From assembly GCA_031266345.1 (NCBI GenBank), contig JAISBD010000009.1:3510-67509 (forward strand): a stretch of 64,000 nt of DNA, written 5' to 3'. Source of the DNA: Puniceicoccales bacterium (lineage in GTDB: Bacteria; Verrucomicrobiota; Verrucomicrobiia; Opitutales; JAIRKQ01). The notes under the pieces are model-generated. The model saw nothing but the letters and a program-made list of their open reading frames with translations. It was not told the DNA's origin and made no database searches. Each line of letters starts with the position of its first letter. Positions within the stretch are counted from its first letter, which is position 1. The position numbers were made by a program, and so were the translations under genes. This document shows, piece after piece, positions 16,501 to 28,635 of the stretch.

Positions 16501-18090
16501 ACGGGCAACTATAGCCCCGATTTCTAGTTTTTTAAGTGGCACTCCATCTTCCTGCACCTGATATGCGCCGGGTGGCTGCCCCCTGGGATTAGCAACCACA
16601 GCTCCAACCTCTAGTTTTCTAAATGACATTCCGCTTGCCTGTACCAGATATACGCCAGGCAACTGCCCCGGAGGATTGGCAACCGCAGTTCCAGCCTTTA
16701 GTTTCTCAAATCCTGTTCCATCTTCCCGTACCCGATATACACCGGGTGGCTGCCCCACAGGACGGGCAACTATAGCCCCGATTTCTAGTTTTTCAAATGT
16801 AAATCCTGCCTCACCTCCCTGTAACCGATATACACCGGGTGGCTGCCCCGCAGGGTTGGTAACCATAGCTCCAGCCTCTAGTTTTTTAAGTGGCGCTCCA
16901 TCTTCCTGCACATGATATATACCAGATGGCTGCCCCGCAGGATTGACAATTAGAGCTCCAACTTCTAGTTTTCTAAGTGGCATTCCATCTCCCTGCGCCT
17001 GGTATGTACCGAGTGACTGCCCCACGGGGTTAGTAACCACAGCTCCAAACTCTAGTTTTTCAAGTTGCCCAGCACCACCTACCCGATACACCCCCGGTTC
17101 GTAAAGGCCATCTCTGTATCCCTTAGGGTTAACTATGCAGTTGCCAGCGTTTAATTTTTCTAATTTGCCGCCACCTCCCACTCGATAAACATCTTGGGGG
17201 AAATCGGCAAGCCCAGAAATGGTAGTTCCCTCCGATACTTCATACAAAATGGGCCCCTCTCCCTCATCCAGTAATATGCCAGGTTTTTCATTGTAAATGC
17301 CTACTCCTTCCACATCCTCCGAATTTTCTAAACCAATAATCTTTTCGGTGAAAATCGCACTATTGGTGCCCAGTTTTTCAAATGTGAACTCACCGTCTCT
17401 ATCTTTTACCTGGTAAATCCCTTTCGGGAAACCCACGGGATCGATGGCGCAATCCCCGACATTCATCTTTGCTATTCCACCAGCGCCAAGCACTCGGTAA
17501 ACACCCTTCTCGAGGCCAATGGGATTAGCGATGAAAGCATAGGATCCCAGTTTGTGCAATTGCCCGCCTTCCATTTTATATAGACCAGGGCTACTATAAC
17601 CGGAAGGATTCAAAATACCTCTACCCTCTGTGAGGCTTGGTTGGCGTGCCTGAACCCTTTCAGCTAAGCGTCCTTCCAGTGACTGCACTCCCGGTATGCT
17701 TGAAGCTATTTGTCTGGCTTTTTCAAAATTTCCGTGTTTCTCACACAATTCGATGCGGCGTTTGGTAGGCTCGCTTATTTGACCATATTCCGCCTCACCG
17801 ATTAATTCTTTGACACACACCCCTCTCTTTGCCAAAGACTCGCTTTCCGGCCTTAGTCCCAGAGCTATTTCCATGGCTTTAGCGAAATCTCCGTCTTTTT
17901 CAGAATTTTCAATGGAACGCTTGATAGATTCGCTTATTTGGCCATATTCCGCCTCACCAATTAGTGCCTTGACGGTTGTTTCTTCATTTCGTAAACTTAC
18001 GCTCATAATACTCTGCAGTGTAGCGTATGCCCATGAAGTGTCAATTGAATTTAACAAAACTTTTACATATTGGCCCGCAAAAGGGACCAT
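13516..18090 (-). CDS. giant multidomain protein: N-terminal ~52-aa duplication, ~22 x 29-aa repeats, HD-type phosphohydrolase motif region, Pro-rich linker, and a C-terminal domain with R/S/QxE motif spacing
   Basis: 1524-aa uninterrupted ORF. HD motifs: VNH(906)CTRV, AAATFH(946)D(947)SGR, LLH(1005)EAD(1008). Linker: GETPPPTLSPLPSSTPSPKPK (aa 1098-1117). C-terminal motifs: VLAVRR(1365-66), ES(1402)WAL, LQ(1443)KE(1445)LVVIP. The start is ambiguous (M1 at 18090 or M29 at 18006). Confidence 0.85.
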   Translation of the reverse strand: MVPFAGQYVKVLLNSIDTSWAYATLQSIMSVSLRNEETTVKALIGEAEYGQISESIKRSIENSEKDGDFAKAMEIALGLRPESESLAKRGVCVKELIGEAEYGQISEPTKRRIELCEKHGNFEKARQIASSIPGVQSLEGRLAERVQARQPSLTEGRGILNPSGYSSPGLYKMEGGQLHKLGSYAFIANPIGLEKGVYRVLGAGGIAKMNVGDCAIDPVGFPKGIYQVKDRDGEFTFEKLGTNSAIFTEKIIGLENSEDVEGVGIYNEKPGILLDEGEGPILYEVSEGTTISGLADFPQDVYRVGGGGKLEKLNAGNCIVNPKGYRDGLYEPGVYRVGGAGQLEKLEFGAVVTNPVGQSLGTYQAQGDGMPLRKLEVGALIVNPAGQPSGIYHVQEDGAPLKKLEAGAMVTNPAGQPPGVYRLQGGEAGFTFEKLEIGAIVARPVGQPPGVYRVREDGTGFEKLKAGTAVANPPGQLPGVYLVQASGMSFRKLEVGAVVANPRGQPPGAYQVQEDGVPLKKLEIGAIVARPAGQPSGMYQVQEDGAPLKKLEFGAVIANPAGQPPGMYQVQGGWAPAPLKKLEVGVVVANPRGQPPGVYQVQGDGAPLKKLEIGTVIDNPPEQPPGVYQVQANGTQFKFEQLKADALVANPVGRLPGLYQVREEVREDRTQFKFEKVEIGAIVACPVGQPPGVYQVQEDGAQFKFEKLEADALVADPVGRSPGLYQVQENGTRFEKLRTGAIVTNPPGQPPGAYQVRVGGAQLKKLETGAQVIDPAGRLPGMYQVQENGTLVPSASRQPINVGSLCDGIAARYYGKTLPEYEDIEVIYNGNKTKWVKLTTEQQFKLLREGARATWAEKVERRYQEFQRLDEQKMPEDKIKARMGGVIGEMIGANPGKFPSVHGVNHCTRVALVTEAVARVYRTLFKEFEDMSDDDIALAIAAATFHDSGRQGEEVDIFDALSAQNAERELGNLGLSQEQAKRCASAIERKDSPAAGKDPIAILLHEADCLEIQRLDSFRVGRVRFGTSFLDANQEDSITKERILTLREGVSEGQVNEALEKLAEQAKKLIENTDDDYGKLTGYDEFRNEAKTVGLLGETPPPTLSPLPSSTPSPKPKLLLEFTAAFDALGICETPEEVAELSGLIEQLHAKSPEMLAGILDNCQWLKGKGKDSFIYSVAAASMQMELGDIFDQRDFDALGQGIQPETGVMLGAFDMVRTGKLFDAASRTVVGKSGQKFFDWLDGKDELRSNIADEPISPLLKIGGDLERKGSGPKNAHWRVWRKWMATAEMVPVRKAVIDGVLNQPIDVGSFPDAGDYVDDAYIKEANIAKKFLPLNYAYTQLLLRHATFPGHDQGPPPTVLAVRRVRREALTGISRHGALEKTPARETITYDVNRALPVESWALVSPVGGEYPYGEAALYGKIPAYAILTSVLTNEFCSDLQKELVVIPFSEMEVVVDKNFDEEEYLRDEVLPAMEQQYGPSEPGHSTIGRAREILADPRTHDRFQSILEKRRHEAEKLGVSL
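15721..17628 (-). repeat. in-frame tandem coding repeats, 87-nt (29-aa) period with 31- and 35-aa variants, ~22 copies
   Basis: Consensus G(V/M)YQVQEDGAPLKKLE(I/V)GA(I/V)VANPAGQPP. The Y(Q/R)V anchors fall at aa 391, 420, 451, 480, 509, 538, 567, 598, 627, 658, 693, 724, 753 and 782, with more degenerate copies from aa ~160. Confidence 0.9.
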
Positions 18091-18183
18091 TGATTGGTGA
18101 TACTGTGGAGATGAAATGGCAAGGAGCGGGGAAGAAATGTGAACATTTGCTGGGAAAGGTAGCTGGAGACGGCAGCGAAAATT

Positions 18184-19026
18184 ATGGATTTTGGCGAAAA
18201 ATTTTCCATGTTTTACCCATTAAAAATGCATTTGAATAGGGTTGAAATAAAAAGCTCCGATTTTTCCATAGAGCAAATAGCAAATTCTGGCCAATGCTTC
18301 CGCATAAATAGGCTTGCCAATGGAAATATTTGGATAGCTGCGGCTCTGGGTAAGGTGTTGAAAATTCAGCGACTCAGTGAAAATGAACATATTTTTTTTT
18401 GTTCTCCGAAAGAATATCAAAATATTTGGATGGACTACTTCGATTTGAACAGGGATTATGGGGCGATTAGGGCATCCATTTTAGGGGCCGGTGATGCCTA
18501 CTTGGCCGAGGCGGTTAAGCATGGCTTTGGACTGAGGATTCTCAAGCAAGATATTTGGGAAGTTTTGCTAAGCTTTATAATTTCCCAGAGAAATAGCATT
18601 CCCCGGATCAAAAACACCGTAGAAAAGTTGTGCGCCCCCTATGGGAATTTATTCCCAACCCCCGAAATCCTGGCGAAATATGGGGAACAAGATTTTAGGG
18701 ATATGGGGCTCGGATATAGGGCCAAATATTTATTGGGCGCGGCCAGGGCCGTAGACGGTGGAAAATTTGACATTGGGCACTTGAAGACACTGGGCTGCGG
18801 GGAAGCGGTCAGCTATCTGAAAGGCCTCAGTGGGGTGGGAGAAAAAGTGGCGAACTGCGTGGCCCTCTACGGCCTGCATAAGCTCGAAGCATTCCCCGTG
18901 GATGTGTGGATGCGCCGCATCATCGCGGAACAGTACGGCGGAAAGTTGGACATTGAGCGCTTCCACGGCTATGCCGGCATTGCCCAGCAATACATGTTTT
19001 TTTACCAGAGGAGCTTGAAAAAGTGA
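18184..19026 (+). CDS. ogg: 8-oxoguanine DNA glycosylase / HhH-GPD family base-excision enzyme
   Basis: HhH-GPD signature LKGLSGVGEKVANCVALYGL....FPVDVWM; upstream SGQCFR motif; 280 aa. Confidence 0.8.
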   Translation: MDFGEKFSMFYPLKMHLNRVEIKSSDFSIEQIANSGQCFRINRLANGNIWIAAALGKVLKIQRLSENEHIFFCSPKEYQNIWMDYFDLNRDYGAIRASILGAGDAYLAEAVKHGFGLRILKQDIWEVLLSFIISQRNSIPRIKNTVEKLCAPYGNLFPTPEILAKYGEQDFRDMGLGYRAKYLLGAARAVDGGKFDIGHLKTLGCGEAVSYLKGLSGVGEKVANCVALYGLHKLEAFPVDVWMRRIIAEQYGGKLDIERFHGYAGIAQQYMFFYQRSLKK

Positions 19027-19095
19027 AGCGCACCCCTCGCTTTGCTAGGGCTCGAATACCCATGTTTCCTTTTTGGCAAGGATCCGCGGGGCGGA

Positions 19096-21522
19096 TTATT
19101 TGTCCTGAACATCGAGGATTTTGGAAATTCCGATGAGTTTATCCTCCTTTGAGAGCGTGATCAAGCGCACCCCCTGGGTAGTCCTACCAATCACCCGAAT
19201 GCCACTGATTGGTGAGCGTATCGCTTGCCCATCGCTGGTGACAAGCATAATTTCGTCGCTATCGCTGACAGTCAGGGCACCGGCTAACCTTACCCCCTTG
19301 TGCAGTCTCATCGCGATTACCCCCGAGCCCCCGCGCTTTTGCAGGCGGTATTCATCGAATCGCGAACGCTTGCCTTGGCCATCCTCGGCTGCTAGGAGAA
19401 AAGTAGAATTATCGTCAACTATGGTCATCGCGCAAACGGAATCCCCAGATTTTAGGGAAACCCCGCGGACCCCACGCGTTGAACGGCCTTGATCGCGCAA
19501 ATCTGCTTCGTGGAAGCGTATGGACATGCCGAGGGAGGTAATCATGACGAGCTCGTTGGCACCATTCGTCAGAACCGCCTCGATCAGAGAGTCGCCCCCA
19601 TCGATCTGTATGCCGACTATGCCGCCGCGCCGCACATTTTTATAGGCCTCGAGGCAGGTCTTCTTGACCACGCCATTGCGTGTGCAAATCGCGAGATATT
19701 TGTCCGGCGAAAACTCTTGAAAGCAAAGCATGGCGGCGATTTTTTCGTTTGGTTGCATGTCGATCAGATTTACGATCGCCCGTCCCTTGGATATGCGCGA
19801 GCCATCGGGAATTTCATAAGCCTTTTCCACGTACACCCGCCCGCTATCCATAACAAACATGATGTTATCGTGGGTATTGGCGGTAAAAAAGTGAGCGATG
19901 GAGTCTTCGTCGTGTTGGCCGGCACCGATCACCCCTTTCCCGCCGCGCCTCTGCGAACGGTACAGGCTCACGGGCGTGCGCTTGATGAAGCCTTTGCTTG
20001 TCACCGTCATGGCGCAGCACTCGTTGGCAATGACATCTTCGATTTTAAATTCACTGGAATCCTTCTCGATGCTGGTCATTCGAGGGGAAGCGTATTTTTC
20101 TCGCATGGCGGACAATTCCTCCTTCACAACGCCAAGGAGGAGCGTTTCATCTGCCAGGATGCCTCGATAATAGCCGATAATCTTGCACAGTTCAACATAT
20201 TCCGAGTCTATCTTGTCCCGCTCCATACCGGTCAATTGGTACAGTCGCAGCTCTAAAATTGCTATCACCTGCTGCTCGCTCAGAGGAAACTTCGCCATCA
20301 AGGCGATCTTCGCATCCTCCCGATTGTTCGCTGCGCGGATGATTCGCACAAATTCGTCCAAATTATCCAGAGCAACCTGAAATCCGGCGAGGATGTGTGC
20401 CCGCGCCTCGGCCTTATGCAGGCGATATTCCGTGCGGCGGGTAACCACCTCGCGCCGGTGCTCAATGTAGCACTCCAACAGTTCTTTAATGTTCATCTGC
20501 TTCGGGCGGCGCTGATGCAAGGCCAGCATGATTACGCCGAAGGACGATTCCAGTTGGGTATTTTTATAGAGCTTATTTATGGCGACGCGGGTGACAGCGT
20601 CGCGCTTAAGTTCGATGACAATGCGGGTATTTTCATCCGATTCGTCCCGCAGGTCACTGACTTCATCCAAAATTTTCTCATGGACAAGCTCGGCTATGCG
20701 CGTGACCAGCATCGCCCTATTTATGGCATAGGGAACCTGGGTTATGACAATTTGCTCCCTGCCCCCCGTCCCTTCTTCGATGGTAACAATGCCGCGTACT
20801 TTAATGATGCCCCGCCCCGTTGCTAGGTAGCGTTTGATGCTATCCGGGCCCACAACCACCCCTCCCGTGGGAAAATCCGGCCCCCCTATTATTTCGCAGA
20901 GCTCATCCAGGGAAATTTCGGGATTATCGATTATTTTACAGGTTGCATCGATTAGTTCACCGAGATTATGGGGCGGAATATTTGTGGTCATGCCAACGGC
21001 GATCCCCGTGGAACCGTTCATGAGTAAACTTGGCAAGGCTGCTGGCAGGACGCTCGGCTCCGTCGTACTCTCCTTGTAATTGGGAACAAAATCGACGGTA
21101 TTTTCGTCGATATCCCTCAGCAGGTCCTCCGAAACACTTTGCAACTTGCACTCGGTGTAGCGGTAAGCGGCGGCTGGGTCACCGTCGATGGAGCCAAAAT
21201 TACCCTGGGGAAATATGAGCGGATAGCGCATGACCCAATTTTGGGCGAGGCGAACCAAAGTATCGTACACCGACGCGTCGCCGTGGGGGTGGTAATTTTT
21301 CAAGACTTCCCCCACAACACCGGCGCACTTGTCGAAGGGGCGCGAATAGAGAAGACCCTCCCGCAGCATTGCATATAGGATCCTGCGCTGAACTGGTTTC
21401 AGGCCATCGCGCACATCGGGTAATGCCCGGCTAACTATGACGGACATGGAGTAATCGATGTAGGCCGACTTCATCACATCGGCGATGTTGCTAACCTCAG
21501 TTTTGTCATTATCGCTGTGCAT
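19096..21522 (-). CDS. gyrA: DNA gyrase subunit A
   Basis: YIDYSMSVIVSRALPDVRDGLKPVQRRILYAM, the active-site AAYRYTE context, 808 aa, directly downstream of gyrB. Confidence 0.97.
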   Translation of the reverse strand: MHSDNDKTEVSNIADVMKSAYIDYSMSVIVSRALPDVRDGLKPVQRRILYAMLREGLLYSRPFDKCAGVVGEVLKNYHPHGDASVYDTLVRLAQNWVMRYPLIFPQGNFGSIDGDPAAAYRYTECKLQSVSEDLLRDIDENTVDFVPNYKESTTEPSVLPAALPSLLMNGSTGIAVGMTTNIPPHNLGELIDATCKIIDNPEISLDELCEIIGGPDFPTGGVVVGPDSIKRYLATGRGIIKVRGIVTIEEGTGGREQIVITQVPYAINRAMLVTRIAELVHEKILDEVSDLRDESDENTRIVIELKRDAVTRVAINKLYKNTQLESSFGVIMLALHQRRPKQMNIKELLECYIEHRREVVTRRTEYRLHKAEARAHILAGFQVALDNLDEFVRIIRAANNREDAKIALMAKFPLSEQQVIAILELRLYQLTGMERDKIDSEYVELCKIIGYYRGILADETLLLGVVKEELSAMREKYASPRMTSIEKDSSEFKIEDVIANECCAMTVTSKGFIKRTPVSLYRSQRRGGKGVIGAGQHDEDSIAHFFTANTHDNIMFVMDSGRVYVEKAYEIPDGSRISKGRAIVNLIDMQPNEKIAAMLCFQEFSPDKYLAICTRNGVVKKTCLEAYKNVRRGGIVGIQIDGGDSLIEAVLTNGANELVMITSLGMSIRFHEADLRDQGRSTRGVRGVSLKSGDSVCAMTIVDDNSTFLLAAEDGQGKRSRFDEYRLQKRGGSGVIAMRLHKGVRLAGALTVSDSDEIMLVTSDGQAIRSPISGIRVIGRTTQGVRLITLSKEDKLIGISKILDVQDK

Positions 21523-21531
21523 CGTAAACCC

Positions 21532-24096
<2,565 letters not shown>

Positions 24097-24167
24097 TTAT
24101 TTTGCAAAAAAAGCCAATACAGCCCCTGGTTCCCAGAGCCGGAGGAAATTTATTTAGAAAACGCAAC

Positions 24168-26021
24168 CTATTCAGATTTTGTTTTCCGCCTCCTTGGAGT
24201 TTTTTTATTTTCAGCATTTTCTCCGGGGCTGGCCTTGGATTTTCTGGGCTTGCGCGTTTTTTTCGGGCTATTCTCTTTGGGTTTGCCTGCTTCTGCGGCT
24301 GCCTCTTCTGGACTAGCCTTGGACTTTCTAGACCTGCGCGTTTTTTTCGGGCCGGATTCCACATTTTCCTCCCCATCCGCGCCCGCGGGGAGCAATCCAA
24401 CATTTCCGCTCACAACGGCTTTTTCGGAATCAGCTTGCACTTCCTCCGCTTCGGATGTTTCTGCGGCTGCCTCTTCGGGACTAGCCTTGGACTTTCTAGA
24501 CCTGCGCGTTCTTTTCGGGCCGGATTTCACATTCTCCTCCCCATCCGCGCCCGCGGGGAGCAATCCAACATTTTCGCTCACAACGGCTTCTTTGAAATCA
24601 GCTTGCACTTCCCTCGCTTCGGATGTTTCTGCGGGGGCAGTTTCAACCCCTTTATTTGCGGCTATTCCCTTTGAGTTTGTTTCCAGCAAAAAATCCAAAA
24701 CTTTGCCGCGCAGCGTGCGCTTACGCAGGTCCAGGAGCTTATTTCCATCACTCCTAAGCTCACGCACGTACTGGCCGAGGTCCTTTCTTTGTAACGCCAC
24801 GTCTTGCAACAGCATTGCTTCGAGGTCTTTGTTGGAGGTTTCAAATTTTTCCACTTCGGCGATCTTATCCAATACCAGAGCAGCTTTGGCACGTATCTCT
24901 GCAGTCGGGAGCAAAGTTTGGGAAATTTCACCGATGCGGCCTTCGAACAGCTTAACGGGTATGCCATTTCGAGCCTGACTATTGATGAACATCTGAACAA
25001 GGCCCTGGACCTCTTTGGCTATTATGCTCTCTGGCAACTCGAATTTCGCCGAATTTGCCAAAAAGTGCACAATTTCATCGCGCTGCTTGAGCAAACCATC
25101 ACTGCGCTTGCGCTTGGTTAAATGCGTACCTATTTGCGCTTTCAGGTCTTCGAAGGAATCAACCCCATAGCGCTTAAAAAATGTCTCATTCAACTCCGGG
25201 TCGACGCGCTCACGCACATCCAAAATTTCGAAGGAATAGGTTGCCTTTTTGCCGGCCAATTGGGAAATAAAAAAGCCTTCTGGGAAAACTTCTTCCCCCT
25301 CACACTTGTCCCCAACTCTGTGGCCAATTACACCCTGTATCACCGCTTGCACGCCGGCAACATCGGCATTGCCAGCCTCCTCCCAAGTACTCGTCTGCTT
25401 GCCGTAAATCTTGTGCTGGGGAGCAGCGGCGGAAATTGGCAAGCCGTCCTCCAAGGTGCCTTCGTAGTTGACCTTGACGTAGTCGCCGGCCCGAGCTTCC
25501 CGATCCACGGAATTGTAGCTGGAATATTGTTTTTTCATTTGCTCAAGCTCGCCTTCCACCTCCGCTCCGCTAACTTCCTCCGAAAATGCCGTCAAAGCTA
25601 TGCTTTTATAGTCGGGTAATTCGACATTTGGCCGAAGGTCGAAAGCCAATTTGCATAGGAATCCATCCGCCAAATCCTCCGTTGAATAGTCGACGACGGT
25701 TAAAAGATTCAGCTCATTCGCCGATTTTTGGGCATCTTCGAAGGCCTTGTTCAGCAAAGCGGACTTTACGCGCGCATCGATATTTGGTGCGAATCGCGCC
25801 GCGACGATATTTTTCGGCACTTTCCCCTTCCTAAATCCGGGCAAAGTCGCACTTGCACAGAGCTCGCCGATTACGATATTTTTCTCGGAAATCACTTCTT
25901 CGGGGGAGAAGCAAAACGAGACCAGCGAACGGGTGTTACTTATTTGACTTATTTCTTTTTTCACGATTAGACTTAAAAATTGCGGTTTAAATATGGAACA
26001 TCGGCCAGCCCATGCCGGCAC
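24168..26021 (-). CDS. tig: trigger factor with ~159-aa basic repeat-containing C-terminal extension
   Basis: GFRKGKVPKNIV ribosome-binding signature, a central PPIase-like segment, and a C-terminal chaperone arm. The track N-terminus (MPAWAGRC...) may be over-extended. Confidence 0.85.
   Translation of the reverse strand: MPAWAGRCSIFKPQFLSLIVKKEISQISNTRSLVSFCFSPEEVISEKNIVIGELCASATLPGFRKGKVPKNIVAARFAPNIDARVKSALLNKAFEDAQKSANELNLLTVVDYSTEDLADGFLCKLAFDLRPNVELPDYKSIALTAFSEEVSGAEVEGELEQMKKQYSSYNSVDREARAGDYVKVNYEGTLEDGLPISAAAPQHKIYGKQTSTWEEAGNADVAGVQAVIQGVIGHRVGDKCEGEEVFPEGFFISQLAGKKATYSFEILDVRERVDPELNETFFKRYGVDSFEDLKAQIGTHLTKRKRSDGLLKQRDEIVHFLANSAKFELPESIIAKEVQGLVQMFINSQARNGIPVKLFEGRIGEISQTLLPTAEIRAKAALVLDKIAEVEKFETSNKDLEAMLLQDVALQRKDLGQYVRELRSDGNKLLDLRKRTLRGKVLDFLLETNSKGIAANKGVETAPAETSEAREVQADFKEAVVSENVGLLPAGADGEENVKSGPKRTRRSRKSKASPEEAAAETSEAEEVQADSEKAVVSGNVGLLPAGADGEENVESGPKKTRRSRKSKASPEEAAAEAGKPKENSPKKTRKPRKSKASPGENAENKKTPRRRKTKSE
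24200..24647 (-). repeat. 168-nt (56-aa) tandem repeat, two full copies plus a partial third, inside the tig 3' end
   Basis: ctgcggctgcctcttc(t/g)ggactagccttggactttctagacctgcgcgtt... begins at 24293 and again at 24461. A related partial copy lies at about 24200-24290. Confidence 0.9.
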
Positions 26022-26033
26022 GGACTAAAAATT

Positions 26034-27068
<1,035 letters not shown>

Positions 27069-27228
27069 TCAATTAAGTTGAGGTAAGTGAACAATTCCTC
27101 CGAAGATTTTCAAGAAAAATATAAATATTTGAAATTATTGCATTGGCGCAGTGAAATCTGCGCAAGTTTACACAAAAACACCTCTGCCCTCGGCAAAGGT
27201 GCAAATCCGTTGGAATTTGTAAAAAAAT

Positions 27229-28587
27229 TCAGTCAACGACCCTTTCAATGACTAATTTAAAGTTGAGCAGGTGCTTCACGCCGACGTTCTCACTGGTGGA
27301 ATTTCCGCCCCACGAGCCGCAACCAAGCGTCAATGAGGGCGTCATGTGGCTGTTGCACAGCCCGATGGCACCGTGGGTGGTGGGCATGTTGATGAGCAAC
27401 CGGCAGGTGGGAATTTTAGCGGCAAAATAGTCGATGCGCTGCTGATTTTTCGCGTCCGTGTGCAGCACGGAAGTATGCCCCAATCCGCCAATATTGACCA
27501 ATTTTAAAGCCACCTCCACCGCCTGCTCAAAATCTTCGGCCCCATATAGGGCGAGGATCGGAGATAGTTTTTCATGGGAGTAGGGGTTCGCAGCGTCCCA
27601 CGATGTTTCCTCGCTCACGAGGGCACGGGTGCTCTCCGGCACCGCGATACCGGCCAATTTTCCAATTTTATGGGCGCTCTGGCCAACGATCTCAGCGTTT
27701 AATCCCTTTTCAGTGATGATGATCTTCCCCAACTTCGCCGATTCTTCCCTGTCCAATATGTGGGCACCCCGGTGCAGTAGCTCCTCTTTTACGCCCTCGT
27801 AAACCGCCCCAACGGCAACTATGGACTGCTCCGATGCGCAAATCATGCCATTGTCGAATGTCTTACTCAGCAGAACCGCTTCCACCGCCGCTTTGACATC
27901 GGCCGTTTCATCGATGATCGCAGGGGTGTTGCCCGGACCAACCCCCAGTGCCGGTTTGCCGCTGGAGTAAGCCGCCTTCACCATCCCGGGCCCACCGGTG
28001 GCCAAAATGATATCGATACTCGGGTGACACATGAGGGCATTGGTCACCTCCAGGGTTGGCTCTTCGATGCAAATTATCATGTCGGCCGGTGCACCCGCTT
28101 TGGTCGCCGCATCCGCCACAATTTTCGTTGCCAAGGCGGTACATTTTTTCGCCCTGGGATGGGGAGAAATGACAATTCCATTGCGCGTTTTTAGAGCCAG
28201 TAAAGCTTTAAAAATGGCGGTCGACGTTGGATTCGTCGTGGGGATAACACCCGCTATGAGCCCGATGGGAGCAGCCACGGTTTTAATGCCCGTTGCCCTA
28301 TCCTCGGCGACGATGCCACATGTCTTCACCTCCGCGTATTTTTTATAAATATAGTCAGCGGCGAAATGGTTCTTAGTAATTTTGTCCTTCACCACGCCCA
28401 TGCCCGTTTCCGCCACCGCCATTTCGGCCAAATGTTCGCACTCCTTGTCCGCCGCTGCCGCCGCCGCTTTGAAAATTGAATCGACTTTCTCCTGGGAGAA
28501 TGTCGCGTAAATTTTCTGTGCCGCCCTAGCTTTACCTATGAGTGCGTCCAAGTCCGAGTTACCTATAGTTGATGTTTGGTCTGCCAT
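27229..28587 (-). CDS. CoA-acylating aldehyde dehydrogenase (stand-alone AdhE N-terminal-type domain)
   Basis: Collinear with the AdhE ALDH half: DLDALIGKARAAQKIYATFSQEKVDSIF, MAVAETGMGVVKDKITKNHFA, catalytic Cys context GMICASEQS. It ends at 452 aa with no alcohol dehydrogenase domain. Confidence 0.85.
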   Translation of the reverse strand: MADQTSTIGNSDLDALIGKARAAQKIYATFSQEKVDSIFKAAAAAADKECEHLAEMAVAETGMGVVKDKITKNHFAADYIYKKYAEVKTCGIVAEDRATGIKTVAAPIGLIAGVIPTTNPTSTAIFKALLALKTRNGIVISPHPRAKKCTALATKIVADAATKAGAPADMIICIEEPTLEVTNALMCHPSIDIILATGGPGMVKAAYSSGKPALGVGPGNTPAIIDETADVKAAVEAVLLSKTFDNGMICASEQSIVAVGAVYEGVKEELLHRGAHILDREESAKLGKIIITEKGLNAEIVGQSAHKIGKLAGIAVPESTRALVSEETSWDAANPYSHEKLSPILALYGAEDFEQAVEVALKLVNIGGLGHTSVLHTDAKNQQRIDYFAAKIPTCRLLINMPTTHGAIGLCNSHMTPSLTLGCGSWGGNSTSENVGVKHLLNFKLVIERVVD

Positions 28588-28635
28588 GTGTTCCTTTTCT
28601 AATCCTGTTTAAGTTTACTGAAAATTTTTATAAAA

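Noticed and set aside
15721-17103. Regular ~87-nt periodicity that could superficially resemble a CRISPR array or satellite.
   Set aside because: There is no alternation of conserved repeat and unique spacer. The whole unit is conserved, the period is a multiple of 3, and the region is in frame within a 1524-aa ORF. It is a coding tandem repeat.
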